64,000 bases of DNA from an uncultured Bacillales bacterium (GTDB taxonomy: Bacteria > Bacillota_I > Bacilli_A > RF39 > UBA660), in contig CAMUXV010000001.1 of assembly GCA_947164795.1 (NCBI GenBank), positions 20,580 through 84,579 on the forward strand, written 5' to 3'. Positions within the stretch are counted from its first letter, which is position 1, and every line of letters starts with the position of its first letter. Position numbers and translations under genes: made by a program. This document shows positions 19,421 through 30,437 of the stretch, in pieces. Below the pieces are notes generated by a model. It saw only the letters and a program-made list of their open reading frames with translations, was not told the DNA's origin and did not search any database.

Positions 19421-20753
19421 AAGGGGAATCTTTTGTTCCGTTACCCGCAGTTAATAAATCTTTTTTTATTGCTATTACTGGTACTATTTTTAAGTTTGTT
19501 GTAGATACTTTTGTGTATAATTTAAAATCATTTTGCATTGTATAAATCATATTACTATCTCTTGATATTCCTGATGATAAAAAATAATTAGTATTTGTAT
19601 GATTTATTATGATATCACCAATACTTAGGACTGTAATTTTGGTTTTTATTTTTGTGTTTTGTGTTTCATTATAATCATAATTATTTGTATTATTATATAT
19701 TCCATTAGAAAAATCTGTTTCTTCAATAATGCTTTTATATTTTAAATTATTTAGATATGTTTTATTTAGATAATATGCTAAGCTACCTGATACTGTATCA
19801 TTATGGTAGTAATTGTTATTTGAATATTTATATTTAATTTCTTCATTATTTATTGTTAGATAACTATCTAATGATAATTTTACTAGATTATCTTCTTCTT
19901 TATATATTCTCCATATATCATTATTTAATTTTACATAACTACCTATTAAAGAAGAGGATTCCTCAAAAGTATATGGATTTTCTTTGTTGCCATTACCATT
20001 TGTTACTTGAACGGTATTTTTAATTGTTATTACTGGCTTGACTCCTAGTATGTCTGTTCCATCTGATGTACTAATTTTTCCATCTTTATCAACACACCAT
20101 GAAGTGCTTTCTTTTTCATTATTTGTTAAATAGTAATATTCTTCATTATTTAAAAAACTATCTGAACTTCCTGTATTAACATAATCATTTAGTGATGGTA
20201 TTGTTATATATGCATCACTAGTGGTTTGTTTACAAGTTATATTTTTTGTGTCTGTTATACTATCAATACATGCATTTGTATATGTTAAATATTTTCTAGC
20301 ATCATTTAATGATTTTTCCAAAGTACCTGTATTATTCTTATTTGTATAATTTAACCAAGTATATAGATTTGTTTCTTCAAATTTTTTGTTTGTTCCTTTA
20401 GCTAAGGAAGTAATACTATTATCTAATGATAGTGTTACGGTATTGTCTTTTGATACTTTAATTATTCTCCATAATAGATTTGAATATAGCACATAGTTAT
20501 TTACTTCTTTACCATAAAAATAATAGTCTCCATTTATATTTTTAAAATTTGTGTTATCTTGATTATCATCTTTAATTGTGTCTCCAATATGTGATATTTT
20601 ATCTATCGTATAATTTTCTTTATATAGTTTGATAAATCTTATTCCGTAGAATAAAATACAGGATATTATAAATACGACACTTACAATATTAAATATTTTT
20701 TGAATACTTAGTTTTCTTTTCTTTTTTCTTACTTCTTTACTCAACTTCATCAT
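19401..20753 (-). CDS. hypothetical secreted/membrane-anchored N/T/Y-rich protein
   Basis: N-terminal TM, no family recognised, overlaps downstream gene start (operon with 18377 and capA). Confidence 0.5.
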   Translation of the reverse strand: MMKLSKEVRKKKRKLSIQKIFNIVSVVFIISCILFYGIRFIKLYKENYTIDKISHIGDTIKDDNQDNTNFKNINGDYYFYGKEVNNYVLYSNLLWRIIKVSKDNTVTLSLDNSITSLAKGTNKKFEETNLYTWLNYTNKNNTGTLEKSLNDARKYLTYTNACIDSITDTKNITCKQTTSDAYITIPSLNDYVNTGSSDSFLNNEEYYYLTNNEKESTSWCVDKDGKISTSDGTDILGVKPVITIKNTVQVTNGNGNKENPYTFEESSSLIGSYVKLNNDIWRIYKEEDNLVKLSLDSYLTINNEEIKYKYSNNNYYHNDTVSGSLAYYLNKTYLNNLKYKSIIEETDFSNGIYNNTNNYDYNETQNTKIKTKITVLSIGDIIINHTNTNYFLSSGISRDSNMIYTMQNDFKLYTKVSTTNLKIVPVIAIKKDLLTAGNGTKDSPYEVQYE

Positions 20754-20856
20754 CCCTTCTACTATATTAGTATAGCAAATGATGAATATTTTTACAACAC
20801 ATTAAAAACAATTTACTTAACCTTAAATTAATGCTATAATGTTATTGTGATGTGAT

Positions 20857-21054
20857 ATGGAATATAATTTAAATGATAAAGTTATTATGAAGAAAGGGCA
20901 TCCTTGTGGTAATAATGAATTTGAAATTATTAGATTAGGTGCTGATATTAAGATCAGATGTATTAAGTGCAATCATGTTATTATGCTTCCGAGAGTAGAA
21001 TTTAATAAAAAGATTAAGAAGGTGATTAATAATGAAAAAGAAGAAAAAAATTAA
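20857..21054 (+). CDS. DUF951-family small protein
   Basis: 65 aa, KKGHPCG..EIIRLGADIKIRCIKCNH pattern recalled for DUF951. Confidence 0.5.
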   Translation: MEYNLNDKVIMKKGHPCGNNEFEIIRLGADIKIRCIKCNHVIMLPRVEFNKKIKKVINNEKEEKN

Positions 21055-22570
21055 ATTACATCCCGCACTTGTATTTTTAATTCTTACGATTGGAATAATG
21101 ATAATTAGTGTTATTGGGAATTTACTTAATTTGGAGGCTAGTTATTTCGTTGTTAATGAATCTACTGGTGATTTAACTAGTCAAGTCGTTACTATTAATA
21201 ACTTATTTAATAGAACAGGACTTCAATATTTAATTAGTAATATGCTTAATAATTTTATATCATTTGCTCCATTAGGTAATTTAATTATTGGACTTCTTGG
21301 TGTTGGAGTTGGATATAAATCGGGATTTTTAAATTCTCTATTTAAAGTAATTGGTGAAAAAGTACCTAGAAAAATTCTTACATTTATAGTAGTCCTTCTT
21401 GGTATTATTTTCTCAATGGTTTATGAGGTTGGATATGTTATATTAATACCTCTTGCAGCGATTCTATTTATGAATTTAGGTAGGCATCCATCAGCAGGAA
21501 TTTGTGCTGCTTTTGGTGGAATTACTTTTGGTTATGGGGCTAATTTTATTGTTAATAGACTTGATAGTGTTTTATTAACTTATTCTAATAAGGCTGCTTT
21601 AGTTCTTGATTCTTCGTATAATATTAATTTATATGGTAATGTAATTTTCACTATTGTTAGTACTTTATTTCTTTCGTATGTTGGAATGGTAATTACAGAA
21701 AAATTTATTATTCCTAAACTTGGTAAATATACTTTTGATGTTGAGGAACCTTCACAAGAGGGAGTGGTTAGTAAGAAAGAAAGAAAAGGTCTTATTATTG
21801 CACTTTTCGGTATATTTTTTGCTATAATTATATTACTTTATTGTATTATAAAGGGGCTTCCTTTTTCGGGTCTTTTACTCGATTTAAAGCAGAGCAGATA
21901 TGTTGACATGTTGTTTGGGGAGGGGTCATATTTTTATAAGGGTTCAGTTGTTATATTTTCATCTTTACTCATATTTGGTTCTTTTATATATGGCATTCGT
22001 ACTAAAATCATTGATGATAATAGAGATTTAGTTGATGGTATGAGTTATTATTTAAAAGATGTTGCATCTCTTTTGGTTCTTATCTTTTTTGCAGCACAGT
22101 TTGTCTTAATATTTAAAGAAACTAATATTGGATTATTTATTGTTGCCTCTTTATCAGAATTACTTAATGATTTAGAGTTATCGGGATTATCTCTAGTTAT
22201 TATTACTTTTTTAGTCGTTGCTGTAAGTTCGTTTTTTGTTCCAATGGCTTCGACAAAGTGGGCAATGTTAAGTCCTACGATTGTTCCTATGTTTATGCAA
22301 GCTAGTATGACTCCTGAATTTGCTGAAGCTGTGTTCAGAGCTGCTGATAGTAGTATGAAAGGACTTACACCGTTATTTAGTTATTTTGTTATATTGATTG
22401 GATTCTTACATATTTATAATAAAAGAAAGAATGACGTCATTACTATTACTGATGCTATGAGTTTAATGGTTCCTTATACAATAGCATTTACAATTGTTTG
22501 GTTTATTATAATACTTGCATTTTATATTATTGGTATACCTATTGGTATAGGAACAGGTATTATGTTATAG
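21032..22570 (+). CDS. AbgT-family transporter (p-aminobenzoyl-glutamate/antimetabolite exporter family)
   Basis: FAPLG..LGVG, LGRHPSAG..FGG, VPMFM...FRAADSS, GIPIGIGTGI blocks align with E. coli AbgT. Confidence 0.8.
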   Translation: MKKKKKIKLHPALVFLILTIGIMIISVIGNLLNLEASYFVVNESTGDLTSQVVTINNLFNRTGLQYLISNMLNNFISFAPLGNLIIGLLGVGVGYKSGFLNSLFKVIGEKVPRKILTFIVVLLGIIFSMVYEVGYVILIPLAAILFMNLGRHPSAGICAAFGGITFGYGANFIVNRLDSVLLTYSNKAALVLDSSYNINLYGNVIFTIVSTLFLSYVGMVITEKFIIPKLGKYTFDVEEPSQEGVVSKKERKGLIIALFGIFFAIIILLYCIIKGLPFSGLLLDLKQSRYVDMLFGEGSYFYKGSVVIFSSLLIFGSFIYGIRTKIIDDNRDLVDGMSYYLKDVASLLVLIFFAAQFVLIFKETNIGLFIVASLSELLNDLELSGLSLVIITFLVVAVSSFFVPMASTKWAMLSPTIVPMFMQASMTPEFAEAVFRAADSSMKGLTPLFSYFVILIGFLHIYNKRKNDVITITDAMSLMVPYTIAFTIVWFIIILAFYIIGIPIGIGTGIML

Positions 22571-22646
22571 GAGATACTTTGTTATCTTCTTTTTTATTTG
22601 GAGTTAAATTTGTTTAATTGATATTTCTACTAGAAGACTTCCGCGG

Positions 22647-22684
22647 ATTAACTTGTTAATCTGTTAGCGATAGCGGTTAATAAA
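22647..22684. promoter_or_regulatory. conserved palindromic element ATTAACTTGTTAAT + TAGCGATAGCGGTTAATAA (copy B), upstream of ychF
   Basis: same 6-2-6 inverted repeat and downstream block as copy A. Confidence 0.45.
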
Positions 22685-22771
22685 CAAAAAATGTAGAAAT
22701 AAACAATGCTATTTATATTTAAAATATAATAATTTAATGTTATAATATGGTAGTAAGAAAGAAGTGATGTT

Positions 22772-23869
22772 ATGAGTTTAACTGCTGGTATTGTAGGACT
22801 ACCTAACGTAGGAAAATCTACTTTGTTTAATGCAATTACTAAAAAAAATATATTAGCCGCTAATTACCCGTTTGCTACTATCGATCCTAATGTAGGAGTA
22901 GTTACTGTTCCAGATAAAAGAGTAGAAGTACTTGAAAACATGTATACTCCTGAAAGAACTATTCCTACTACTTATGAATTTACAGATATTGCTGGCCTTG
23001 TAAAAGGAGCTAGTAATGGTGAGGGCCTTGGTAATAAGTTTTTATCACATATAAGAGAAGTAGATGCAGTTGTCGAAGTAGTAAGATGTTTTGAAGATGA
23101 GAATATTATTCATGTAGATGGGAATGTTGATCCTATTAGAGATATTGAGGTTATTAATGTAGAACTTGTTTTATCTGATTTAGAAATTATTGATTCAAGA
23201 ATTAATAAAATTGGCAAGAAGGCAATGACTACTAAAAATAAAGATGATATTAAAGAAATAGAGTTATTAGAAAGAATTAAGAAAGCACTTGAAGAAAATA
23301 TTCCGGTAAGGAAATTAGGACTAGATGATGATGAAAAGAAAATAATTAGTTCATTTAATTTGATTACTTTAAAGCCTATTATATATGCATTAAATGTTGG
23401 AGAAGATGAAGTTATTACGGGTAATGAATATACCAAAAAAGTAATAGAATATGCTGAAAAGGAAGGCTCTGAAACGGTTATTATTTGCGCTAAGTTAGAA
23501 AGTGAATTATCTGAACTTAATGACGATGAAAAGAATGAATTTTTAAAAGAACTTGGTATTAGCGAAAGTGGATTAGATGGTCTAATACATAAAACATATA
23601 AATTGCTTGGTCTTGCAACATTCTTTACTGTTGGTACAGATGAAGTAAAGGCATGGACTTTTAGAAAAGGTATGAAAGCACCAGAATGTGCTGGTATTAT
23701 TCATAGTGATTTTGAAAGAGGTTTTATTAAAGCAGAAGTTATGTCTTATGAAGATTTAATATCTGCTGGTAGTGAACTTAAGGTTAGAGAAAATGGCAAG
23801 TTTAGAATAGAAGGTAAAGAATATATTATGCAAGATGGAGATATTTGCCATTTTAGATTTAATGTATAA
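22772..23869 (+). CDS. ychF: ribosome-binding ATPase YchF (Obg-family GTPase)
   Basis: [19 protein letters not shown]1 motif, TGS domain C-terminus. Confidence 0.95.
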   Translation: MSLTAGIVGLPNVGKSTLFNAITKKNILAANYPFATIDPNVGVVTVPDKRVEVLENMYTPERTIPTTYEFTDIAGLVKGASNGEGLGNKFLSHIREVDAVVEVVRCFEDENIIHVDGNVDPIRDIEVINVELVLSDLEIIDSRINKIGKKAMTTKNKDDIKEIELLERIKKALEENIPVRKLGLDDDEKKIISSFNLITLKPIIYALNVGEDEVITGNEYTKKVIEYAEKEGSETVIICAKLESELSELNDDEKNEFLKELGISESGLDGLIHKTYKLLGLATFFTVGTDEVKAWTFRKGMKAPECAGIIHSDFERGFIKAEVMSYEDLISAGSELKVRENGKFRIEGKEYIMQDGDICHFRFNV

Positions 23870-23883
23870 TATTAGGAGGTTTT

Positions 23884-24399
23884 ATGGAATTATTAGAATT
23901 AAAAGAATTATTAAGTGAATGTTGGAATATAGAAACATGTTCTCCAGGATTGAAAGATAAATGGAGTGAGGATAATCCATCAATAGGGCAGTGTGCTATT
24001 ACTGCTTTAATTGTAAATGATTATTTTGATGGAAAAATAATGAGATGTATGTCTTCTAGTGGTAGTCATTATTATAATATAGTTGATGATAAAATAATTG
24101 ATCTAACTAAAGAACAATTTTTAGGAGAAATTCCTTTATATGAAGAAGGACAAGAAAGAACTAGGGAATATCTTTTGAGTAATGAAGATACAAAAAAGAG
24201 ATATTTATTGTTAAGAGAAAGATTACTCAATATGATTGTATATAAAAAGAATGGGTTTAAAGTATGCCTTGATGAAACAAAGAAAAATTCATTTATGTCA
24301 AAAGAGGTTTCAAAAGAGTTTAGAGATCTTTTAAAATCATGTAGTAGACAGTTCTATGTTGATAAAAAAGGAAGAGTTTTACAAAAAAAGAAAAAATAA
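23884..24399 (+). CDS. hypothetical protein (171 aa)
   Basis: AGGAGG RBS; no family assigned. Confidence 0.45.
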   Translation: MELLELKELLSECWNIETCSPGLKDKWSEDNPSIGQCAITALIVNDYFDGKIMRCMSSSGSHYYNIVDDKIIDLTKEQFLGEIPLYEEGQERTREYLLSNEDTKKRYLLLRERLLNMIVYKKNGFKVCLDETKKNSFMSKEVSKEFRDLLKSCSRQFYVDKKGRVLQKKKK

Positions 24400-24442
24400 T
24401 AAAAGAATGAGTATTTTAATTGAAATATAGAAAGGGTAAAAT

Positions 24443-26227
24443 ATGAAAGATAGAAAAGATATTGATAGTAAGTATACTTGGGATTTAGAAAAGATTTATG
24501 ATAGTATCTTAGACTTTAATAAGGACTATGAATTGGTTAAGAATAAGATAAAGGAATTATTTAAGTATGAAAAGAATATGATAGATAATAGTGAAAATTT
24601 TTATAATACTATAAAGTTATCTTTTGAAATAGAAAGATTAATTGATAAGTTATCAGTATATACTAGTTTATCTTTTGACTTAGATACTTCGAATAATGAA
24701 ATGCAAGAACTTAGTGAAAGAGTATCTAATTTAAGAAGTGAATACTCTAAGAATAGTTATTTTATTGTACCTAGTATTTTAAAATTAGATAGAGAAACTA
24801 TTGATGAGTATATGGAAGAAGTATCTGAATTAAAAGAATATGAAGTATCTATTAATGAAATATATAGGTATAAAGACCATACTTTGAGTGATGAAGAAGA
24901 AAGACTACTTTCTAGTATTAGTAAAATGGTGGGTAATTCTTATGATACTTATGAATTATTTAAAGATTGTGATATGACTTTTGATGATATTATAGATGAA
25001 GATGGTAAAAAGGTAGAACTAAATAATAGTACTTATTCACTTTATATTGAAAGTAATGATAGAAAAGTAAGAGAAAGTGCTTTTAAAAATCTATATAAAG
25101 AATATAAAAAATATGCTAATACTTTTGCTTCATTAATATCTACGAATATGAAAGAATTATCTACTTTATCTAAGATTGAGAAATATGGCACTGCTATTGA
25201 AATGAGTTTATTTAGAGATGATGTAAGTATAGATGTTTACAATAATCTTATTGATAGTGTACATAGTCATATTGATTATATTTATGATTATTATAAATTA
25301 AAGAAAGATATTTTGAAATTAGATGAACTTCATTTATATGATATATATGTACCAATAGTAGGGGACTATGATAAAAAATATGATTATGAAGAAGGTAAGA
25401 AAATTATACTTAAAGTATTAGAAGTATTTGGAGAAGAATACATTAATAAAGTTAAAGAAGCTCTTGATAATAGATGGATAGATGTATATCCTACGAAGAG
25501 TAAGAGAACTGGAGGATACTCTGGTGGTAGTTATGATACTTTTCCTTATATATTACTTAATTATCAAGATAAGTATAATGATATGTCTACATTAATTCAT
25601 GAAATGGGCCATTCTATGCATAGTTATTATTCAAGAACTTATAATGATTATCAAAATAGTGAATATAGAATCTTTGTTGCAGAAGTTGCTTCTACTGTTA
25701 ATGAATTATTACTTAGTCATTATATGATTAAGAATAGTAATAGTAAAGAGGAAAAATTATTTATTCTTAACAATCTAATGGAATTATATAGAGCTACTAT
25801 TTACAGACAAACTATGTTTGCAGAATTTGAAAAGAAAATATCTAATATGATAGATAATGAGGAAGCTTTAACTAGTGAAAAACTATCTAATATGTATTAT
25901 GATTTAAATAAGTTTTACTTTGGTGATAGTGTAGTGGTAGATGATGAAATTAGATATGAATGGGAAAGAATACCCCACTTTTATTACGATTTTTATGTTT
26001 ATAAATATGCTACTGGTCTTAGTGCTGCGACTTATATTGTTAAGAATATATTGAGTGGTAAAGATGGTGCAGTAGATTCTTATATTGAATTCTTAAAATG
26101 TGGTGGAAGATTATCGCCAATAGAGTCCCTTAAAGTAGCGGGGGTTGATCTTACTGATAAAGCGGTAGTAGACTCTGCTTTAGAAGAATTTAAGAATTTT
26201 CTTAATATGTATAAAGAAAATATGTAA
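24443..26227 (+). CDS. pepF: oligoendopeptidase F (M3B family)
   Basis: HEMGHSMH zinc motif, ~594 aa. Confidence 0.9.
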   Translation: MKDRKDIDSKYTWDLEKIYDSILDFNKDYELVKNKIKELFKYEKNMIDNSENFYNTIKLSFEIERLIDKLSVYTSLSFDLDTSNNEMQELSERVSNLRSEYSKNSYFIVPSILKLDRETIDEYMEEVSELKEYEVSINEIYRYKDHTLSDEEERLLSSISKMVGNSYDTYELFKDCDMTFDDIIDEDGKKVELNNSTYSLYIESNDRKVRESAFKNLYKEYKKYANTFASLISTNMKELSTLSKIEKYGTAIEMSLFRDDVSIDVYNNLIDSVHSHIDYIYDYYKLKKDILKLDELHLYDIYVPIVGDYDKKYDYEEGKKIILKVLEVFGEEYINKVKEALDNRWIDVYPTKSKRTGGYSGGSYDTFPYILLNYQDKYNDMSTLIHEMGHSMHSYYSRTYNDYQNSEYRIFVAEVASTVNELLLSHYMIKNSNSKEEKLFILNNLMELYRATIYRQTMFAEFEKKISNMIDNEEALTSEKLSNMYYDLNKFYFGDSVVVDDEIRYEWERIPHFYYDFYVYKYATGLSAATYIVKNILSGKDGAVDSYIEFLKCGGRLSPIESLKVAGVDLTDKAVVDSALEEFKNFLNMYKENM

Positions 26228-26256
26228 AGATAAAAGAGACATTTTTTTGTCTCTTT
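26228..26256. terminator. bidirectional terminator AAAGAGACA-TTTTTTT-TGTCTCTTT
   Basis: hairpin between convergent pepF and 26269..26673. Confidence 0.55.
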
Positions 26257-26268
26257 TAGATTTTTTAA

Positions 26269-26673
26269 TTAGTTGAAATAATTATTTAATTGGTTTACTA
26301 ATGCATTGGCATTTGTATAGTAAGTATAGAAATCATCTTTATTATTTTCTTTAATAATAATTGATGTATTGTCAATTATTTCGATGTCTACAATGTTATC
26401 ATTATAGTCAATAATTATTTTTTTATGGCATGAATTTATATCTCCTAGAAAAGGTCCATTATCGGATAAATTTTTCCAATTCTTTTTAATATCTTTAAGT
26501 GTTTCTTTATCTAAGATATTAGTGGTTCCATCACAGGATAGAGAATATACATCATATTCTTCTTTTAATACTTCATCTATCCAATTACTTTGCTTTTTGG
26601 TTAGTAATAGTACTAGAATTAGTGATAATACTAGTATTGGCACTATGATTAATATTATTTTATTCTTTTTCAT
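26269..26673 (-). CDS. hypothetical membrane-anchored protein (134 aa)
   Basis: N-terminal TM, no family. Confidence 0.45.
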   Translation of the reverse strand: MKKNKIILIIVPILVLSLILVLLLTKKQSNWIDEVLKEEYDVYSLSCDGTTNILDKETLKDIKKNWKNLSDNGPFLGDINSCHKKIIIDYNDNIVDIEIIDNTSIIIKENNKDDFYTYYTNANALVNQLNNYFN

Positions 26674-26792
26674 ATCTTTATCCTTTCAACTTACAACATA
26701 ATATTATCATTTTGTTGTTTTTATGTCAATCTTTTAGTAATTACTTTCTTTTTTTTCTTTTTTAATGTATACTTATATTGGAGGTAAAGACG

Positions 26793-27876
26793 ATGGAACT
26801 TTATGAATTAAAAAAAGAATATGAAAATTTAGATAATAGATTAAATGATTTAAGGAGGTCTCTTTGACTTAGATAATAAGGTTAAAAGAGAAAATGAAAT
26901 AAACGAATTAATGCTTGACAGTAATTTTTGGAATGATAGTGAGATTTCTAATAAATTGGTCGGTGAACTTAAGAATATAAAAAGTGTTATTAATAGTATA
27001 AATGAATTGTCTAATGGTATTAGAGGAAATTTGGATATTGTAAATACTGATGGTGATGAAGAAATTCTTTCTATGGTGGAAGAAGAATTGCCTTTAATAA
27101 AAAATAAGATGGATAGATTAGAACTTGAAACCTATTTAAGTGGAGAATATGATAATTGTAATGCTATATTTGAAATACATGCTGGTGCTGGTGGTACGGA
27201 ATCTTGTGATTGGGCTAATATGTTATATAGAATGTATAATAGATATGCACAAAATAGTGGGTATAATTTAATAGAGCTTGATAAGCAGAATGGTGAAGAA
27301 GCAGGTATTAAGTCTGTTTTGTTTCAAATTAATGGTACTAATGTGTATGGATATTTAAAGAAAGAAAAAGGAGTACATAGACTTGTAAGAATTAGCCCAT
27401 TTGATGCCAATAAAAGAAGGCATACATCATTTGCTTCAGTAGATGTTATGCCTGAAATTGATAAAAACATTGATATCCAAATTAATGAATCCGATATCAG
27501 GGTAGATATCTATCATAGTAGTGGTCCCGGAGGACAGGGAGTTAATACTACTGATAGTGCAGTTAGAATTACTCATATTCCTACAGGTATTGTTGTTACT
27601 TGTCAGAATGAGAGAAGTCAAATTAGAAATAAAGAGAAGGCTTTAGATGTACTAAAGAATAAACTTTATTTATTGGAAATAGAAAAACAGAATGAAAAGA
27701 TTAATGGTATAAGAGGAGAACAATTAAGCAATGGATGGGGTTCGGCAAAAAGAAGTTATGTATTGTGTCCTTATACTTTAGTAAAAGATAATGATTCTGG
27801 ATATGAGTCTAGTAATGTTAATGCTATACTAGATGGTGAAATACAGGATATGATTGAGGCGGGACTTAAAAAATAA
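26793..27876 (+). CDS. prfB: peptide chain release factor 2, expressed via +1 programmed ribosomal frameshift (exon 1 26793..26864, exon 2 26866..27876)
   Basis: frame-0 ORF MELYELKKEYENLDNRLNDLRRSL ends at CTT TGA C preceded by AGGAGG 3 nt upstream (canonical prfB recoding site); downstream frame carries SPF..GGQ motif (SGPGGQGVNTTDSAVR). Confidence 0.9.
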
Positions 27877-27896
27877 TATAAAAAGGGTGATAAACT

Positions 27897-28805
27897 ATGG
27901 GTATGCTAGAATATTTTAGAAAGAAAAAAATAGATAGTATTATTGAAGAGGTTAAAAGAAAAAATGTTGGTAAAAGATATTTTATGTTAATACTTGGATG
28001 TTTAATTGTTGCATTTGCTTTTAATTTATTCTTTTTAAGATATAATATTGTTTGTTTTGGTATTAGCGGATTATCAATAGTACTTGATAAATATGGAGTT
28101 AATCCTTCAGTATTTATAATGGTCTCTAACATTGTGTTACTTATTATTGCGTATTTTGTTCTCGGGTTTGGTCGCGCAAAGAATCAATTGGTTGGTTCTT
28201 TAATATATCCTGTGTTTATTGAGATTACGAAGTTTATTACTGATAAAATAGATTTAGGTAATACAGAAATGGTTGTTATTGCTCTATTAGGCGGAGTATT
28301 TGCTGGCGTAGGCTACGGTTTAATATATAAAAGTAATTTTTCTACAGGCGGTACCGATGTTATTATTGAAATTTTATGTGAGTATTGTAAAATATCAATG
28401 GGAACAGCGGGTCTTATTTGTAATTCTATTATAATTGCTATTGGTAAAATTGCTTTTTCTTGGAGCACTGTATTATATGCCATATTTGTTTCATATTTAA
28501 TATCTATATTTACTGATAAAGTACTTCTTGGTATATCTAAGAGCAAGGCCTTTTATATTGTTGTAGATAAAAATATTGAATTAGAGGTTAAAGAATATCT
28601 TTTGTCAATAGAAGGAGTAGGTACTACTGTTATTGATGCTGAAGGTGGTTATTCTGAAAAAAATCAGACCTTACTTTTGGCAGTTGTTCCTACTAGAAGT
28701 TACTTTATAGTAAAAGATGGTCTTAGAGAAATAGATAAAAATATTTTCTTCCTTGTATGTGATTCATATGAAGTTAGTAATAAGGGGGGAGATTTGTGGA
28801 ATTAG
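27897..28805 (+). CDS. YitT-family membrane protein (DUF161 + DUF2179)
   Basis: 5 TM + C-terminal DUF2179-like domain (TVIDAEGGYS...). Confidence 0.75.
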   Translation: MGMLEYFRKKKIDSIIEEVKRKNVGKRYFMLILGCLIVAFAFNLFFLRYNIVCFGISGLSIVLDKYGVNPSVFIMVSNIVLLIIAYFVLGFGRAKNQLVGSLIYPVFIEITKFITDKIDLGNTEMVVIALLGGVFAGVGYGLIYKSNFSTGGTDVIIEILCEYCKISMGTAGLICNSIIIAIGKIAFSWSTVLYAIFVSYLISIFTDKVLLGISKSKAFYIVVDKNIELEVKEYLLSIEGVGTTVIDAEGGYSEKNQTLLLAVVPTRSYFIVKDGLREIDKNIFFLVCDSYEVSNKGGDLWN

Positions 28806-29659
28806 AAATAGAAAGAGTAAAGAATAAAATAAAAGAAAAAAATTATTGGAAAAATTTTTTTCTATTTATCATTGGCATGACTTTTAGTGCTATATCTGTT
28901 AGTGTATTTTTTAATCCTAATGATGTTGTGACTACTGGTAGTACTGGCCTTGCAATTATTATTAATAAATATATTAATATTGATTTATCCTTAATTATTT
29001 TGGCTATTTCATCTGTTTTACTGGTTCTTGATTTTGGAGTGTTTGGGATAGAGCATGGCGCTAAAAATATATTGGGTACAATATTATATCCTGTATTTAT
29101 CAAGGCTGCTAGTTTGATAGTTAATTACATTTATTTTGATAATACATCTCTTTTTCTTCTTATTTTAATAGGTGGAGTATTATCTGGTATTGGTTTTGGT
29201 CTTGTTAAAAAATCTGGATATAGTTTAGGTGGTTTTTATGTTTTGTATGATATTCTAAATCGAAAACTTAAAGTATCAATAGGTAAAGCTAATTTAATAT
29301 GCAACATGACTATTATAATAGCTAGTATATTTATATTTGGATTAGATAAATGTATTTATGCATTTATTGGGTTATATGTAGCTTCTTATGTAGGGGATAA
29401 AATCATGTTAGGCATATCTCAAAATAAGGCTTTTTATATTGTTACTAGTAAACCTAATTTAGTAAAAGATTATATTATTAATAATTTAAAGCATACTGTT
29501 ACTGTTGTTAATGCTAGAGGAGGATATTCCGATAGAAATAAGAAAATGCTTTTATGTGTTCTTCCTACTAGAGAATATACCATAGTTAAAGATGTTATTA
29601 AAGAAATGGATAGCAAAGCTTTCTTTTTAATAACTGATAGTTATCATGTGTCTAAATAG
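28796..29659 (+). CDS. YitT-family membrane protein, tandem paralogue (GTG start overlapping upstream stop)
   Basis: same architecture, VVNARGGYSDRNKKMLLCVLPTREY. Confidence 0.75.
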   Translation: MELEIERVKNKIKEKNYWKNFFLFIIGMTFSAISVSVFFNPNDVVTTGSTGLAIIINKYINIDLSLIILAISSVLLVLDFGVFGIEHGAKNILGTILYPVFIKAASLIVNYIYFDNTSLFLLILIGGVLSGIGFGLVKKSGYSLGGFYVLYDILNRKLKVSIGKANLICNMTIIIASIFIFGLDKCIYAFIGLYVASYVGDKIMLGISQNKAFYIVTSKPNLVKDYIINNLKHTVTVVNARGGYSDRNKKMLLCVLPTREYTIVKDVIKEMDSKAFFLITDSYHVSK

Positions 29660-29741
29660 GAAAAAATGCTAATTAATTAATAACTATTTTAAAATAGAAT
29701 AAATAATGTTATAATTAATTTTGAGTATGGAAGGAGTAATA

Positions 29742-30437
29742 ATGGAGTTAATTAGAATTAATGATGTTCAGAAGACTTATAAAACAGGAACTGTTGCTCT
29801 TTATGATGCTAATCTTAGCATTAAAAAAGGTGAATTTGTCTTTGTTATTGGGGCTTCTGGTAGTGGAAAATCAACACTTATTAAGATGTTATATAGAGAA
29901 GAAAAACCTGATAGAGGTTCTATTATAATTGGTGGTATTAATGTAGCTAAACTTCGTAATAGAAAAGTATATGTATTAAGAAGAAAGTTAGGAGTTGTAT
30001 TTCAAGATTTTAAATTATTACCTAAACTTACAGTATATGAAAATGTTGCCTTTGCTATGGAAGCTTTAGGATACGATAAGAGAGAAATTCATAAGAGAGT
30101 AATTGAAGTACTTGATTTAGTAGGACTTAAAAGTGTAGTTAGAAAATATCCTGATCAAATATCAGGAGGAGAACAACAGAGAGTAGCTATTGCTAGAGCA
30201 ATAGTTAATAGACCTAAATTATTAATATGTGATGAGCCTACGGGAAATTTAGATCCAGATACTTCAATGGAAATTATGAAAGTATTAGAGAATATTAATG
30301 CTATGGGTACGACGATTGTTATGGCTACTCATGATAGAGATATAGTTGATAGGATGCAAAAGAGAGTAATATTATTAGATCATGGTAAGATAATAAAAGA
30401 CTTAGAGAAGGGAAGTTATGTTCATGAAACCATTTAG
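29742..30437 (+). CDS. ftsE: cell-division ABC ATPase FtsE
   Basis: Walker A GASGSGKST, LSGGEQQR signature; GGAAGGAG RBS before ATG 29742. Confidence 0.9.
   Translation: MELIRINDVQKTYKTGTVALYDANLSIKKGEFVFVIGASGSGKSTLIKMLYREEKPDRGSIIIGGINVAKLRNRKVYVLRRKLGVVFQDFKLLPKLTVYENVAFAMEALGYDKREIHKRVIEVLDLVGLKSVVRKYPDQISGGEQQRVAIARAIVNRPKLLICDEPTGNLDPDTSMEIMKVLENINAMGTTIVMATHDRDIVDRMQKRVILLDHGKIIKDLEKGSYVHETI

Noticed and set aside
23110-23436. Antisense and shadow ORFs inside strong genes (23110-23436 in ychF; 19153-19454 in DUF2233 gene; 27436-28132, 28313-28546 and 28843-29103 in prfB/yitT; 33295-33835 in dinB; 35806-36012 in tex; 36821-37030; 42033-42323; 49635-49865 and 51437-51688 in recombinase; 52756-52947; 54678-54887; 55309-55518; 56758-56979; 57826-58056; 58396-58671; 63592-63911; 4037-4324; 14223-14411; 38788-39087)
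   Set aside because: All lie entirely within or antisense to well-supported conserved CDSs, have low-complexity AT-codon composition (runs of I, F, L, S), and lack RBSs. They are typical frame artefacts of AT-rich DNA.
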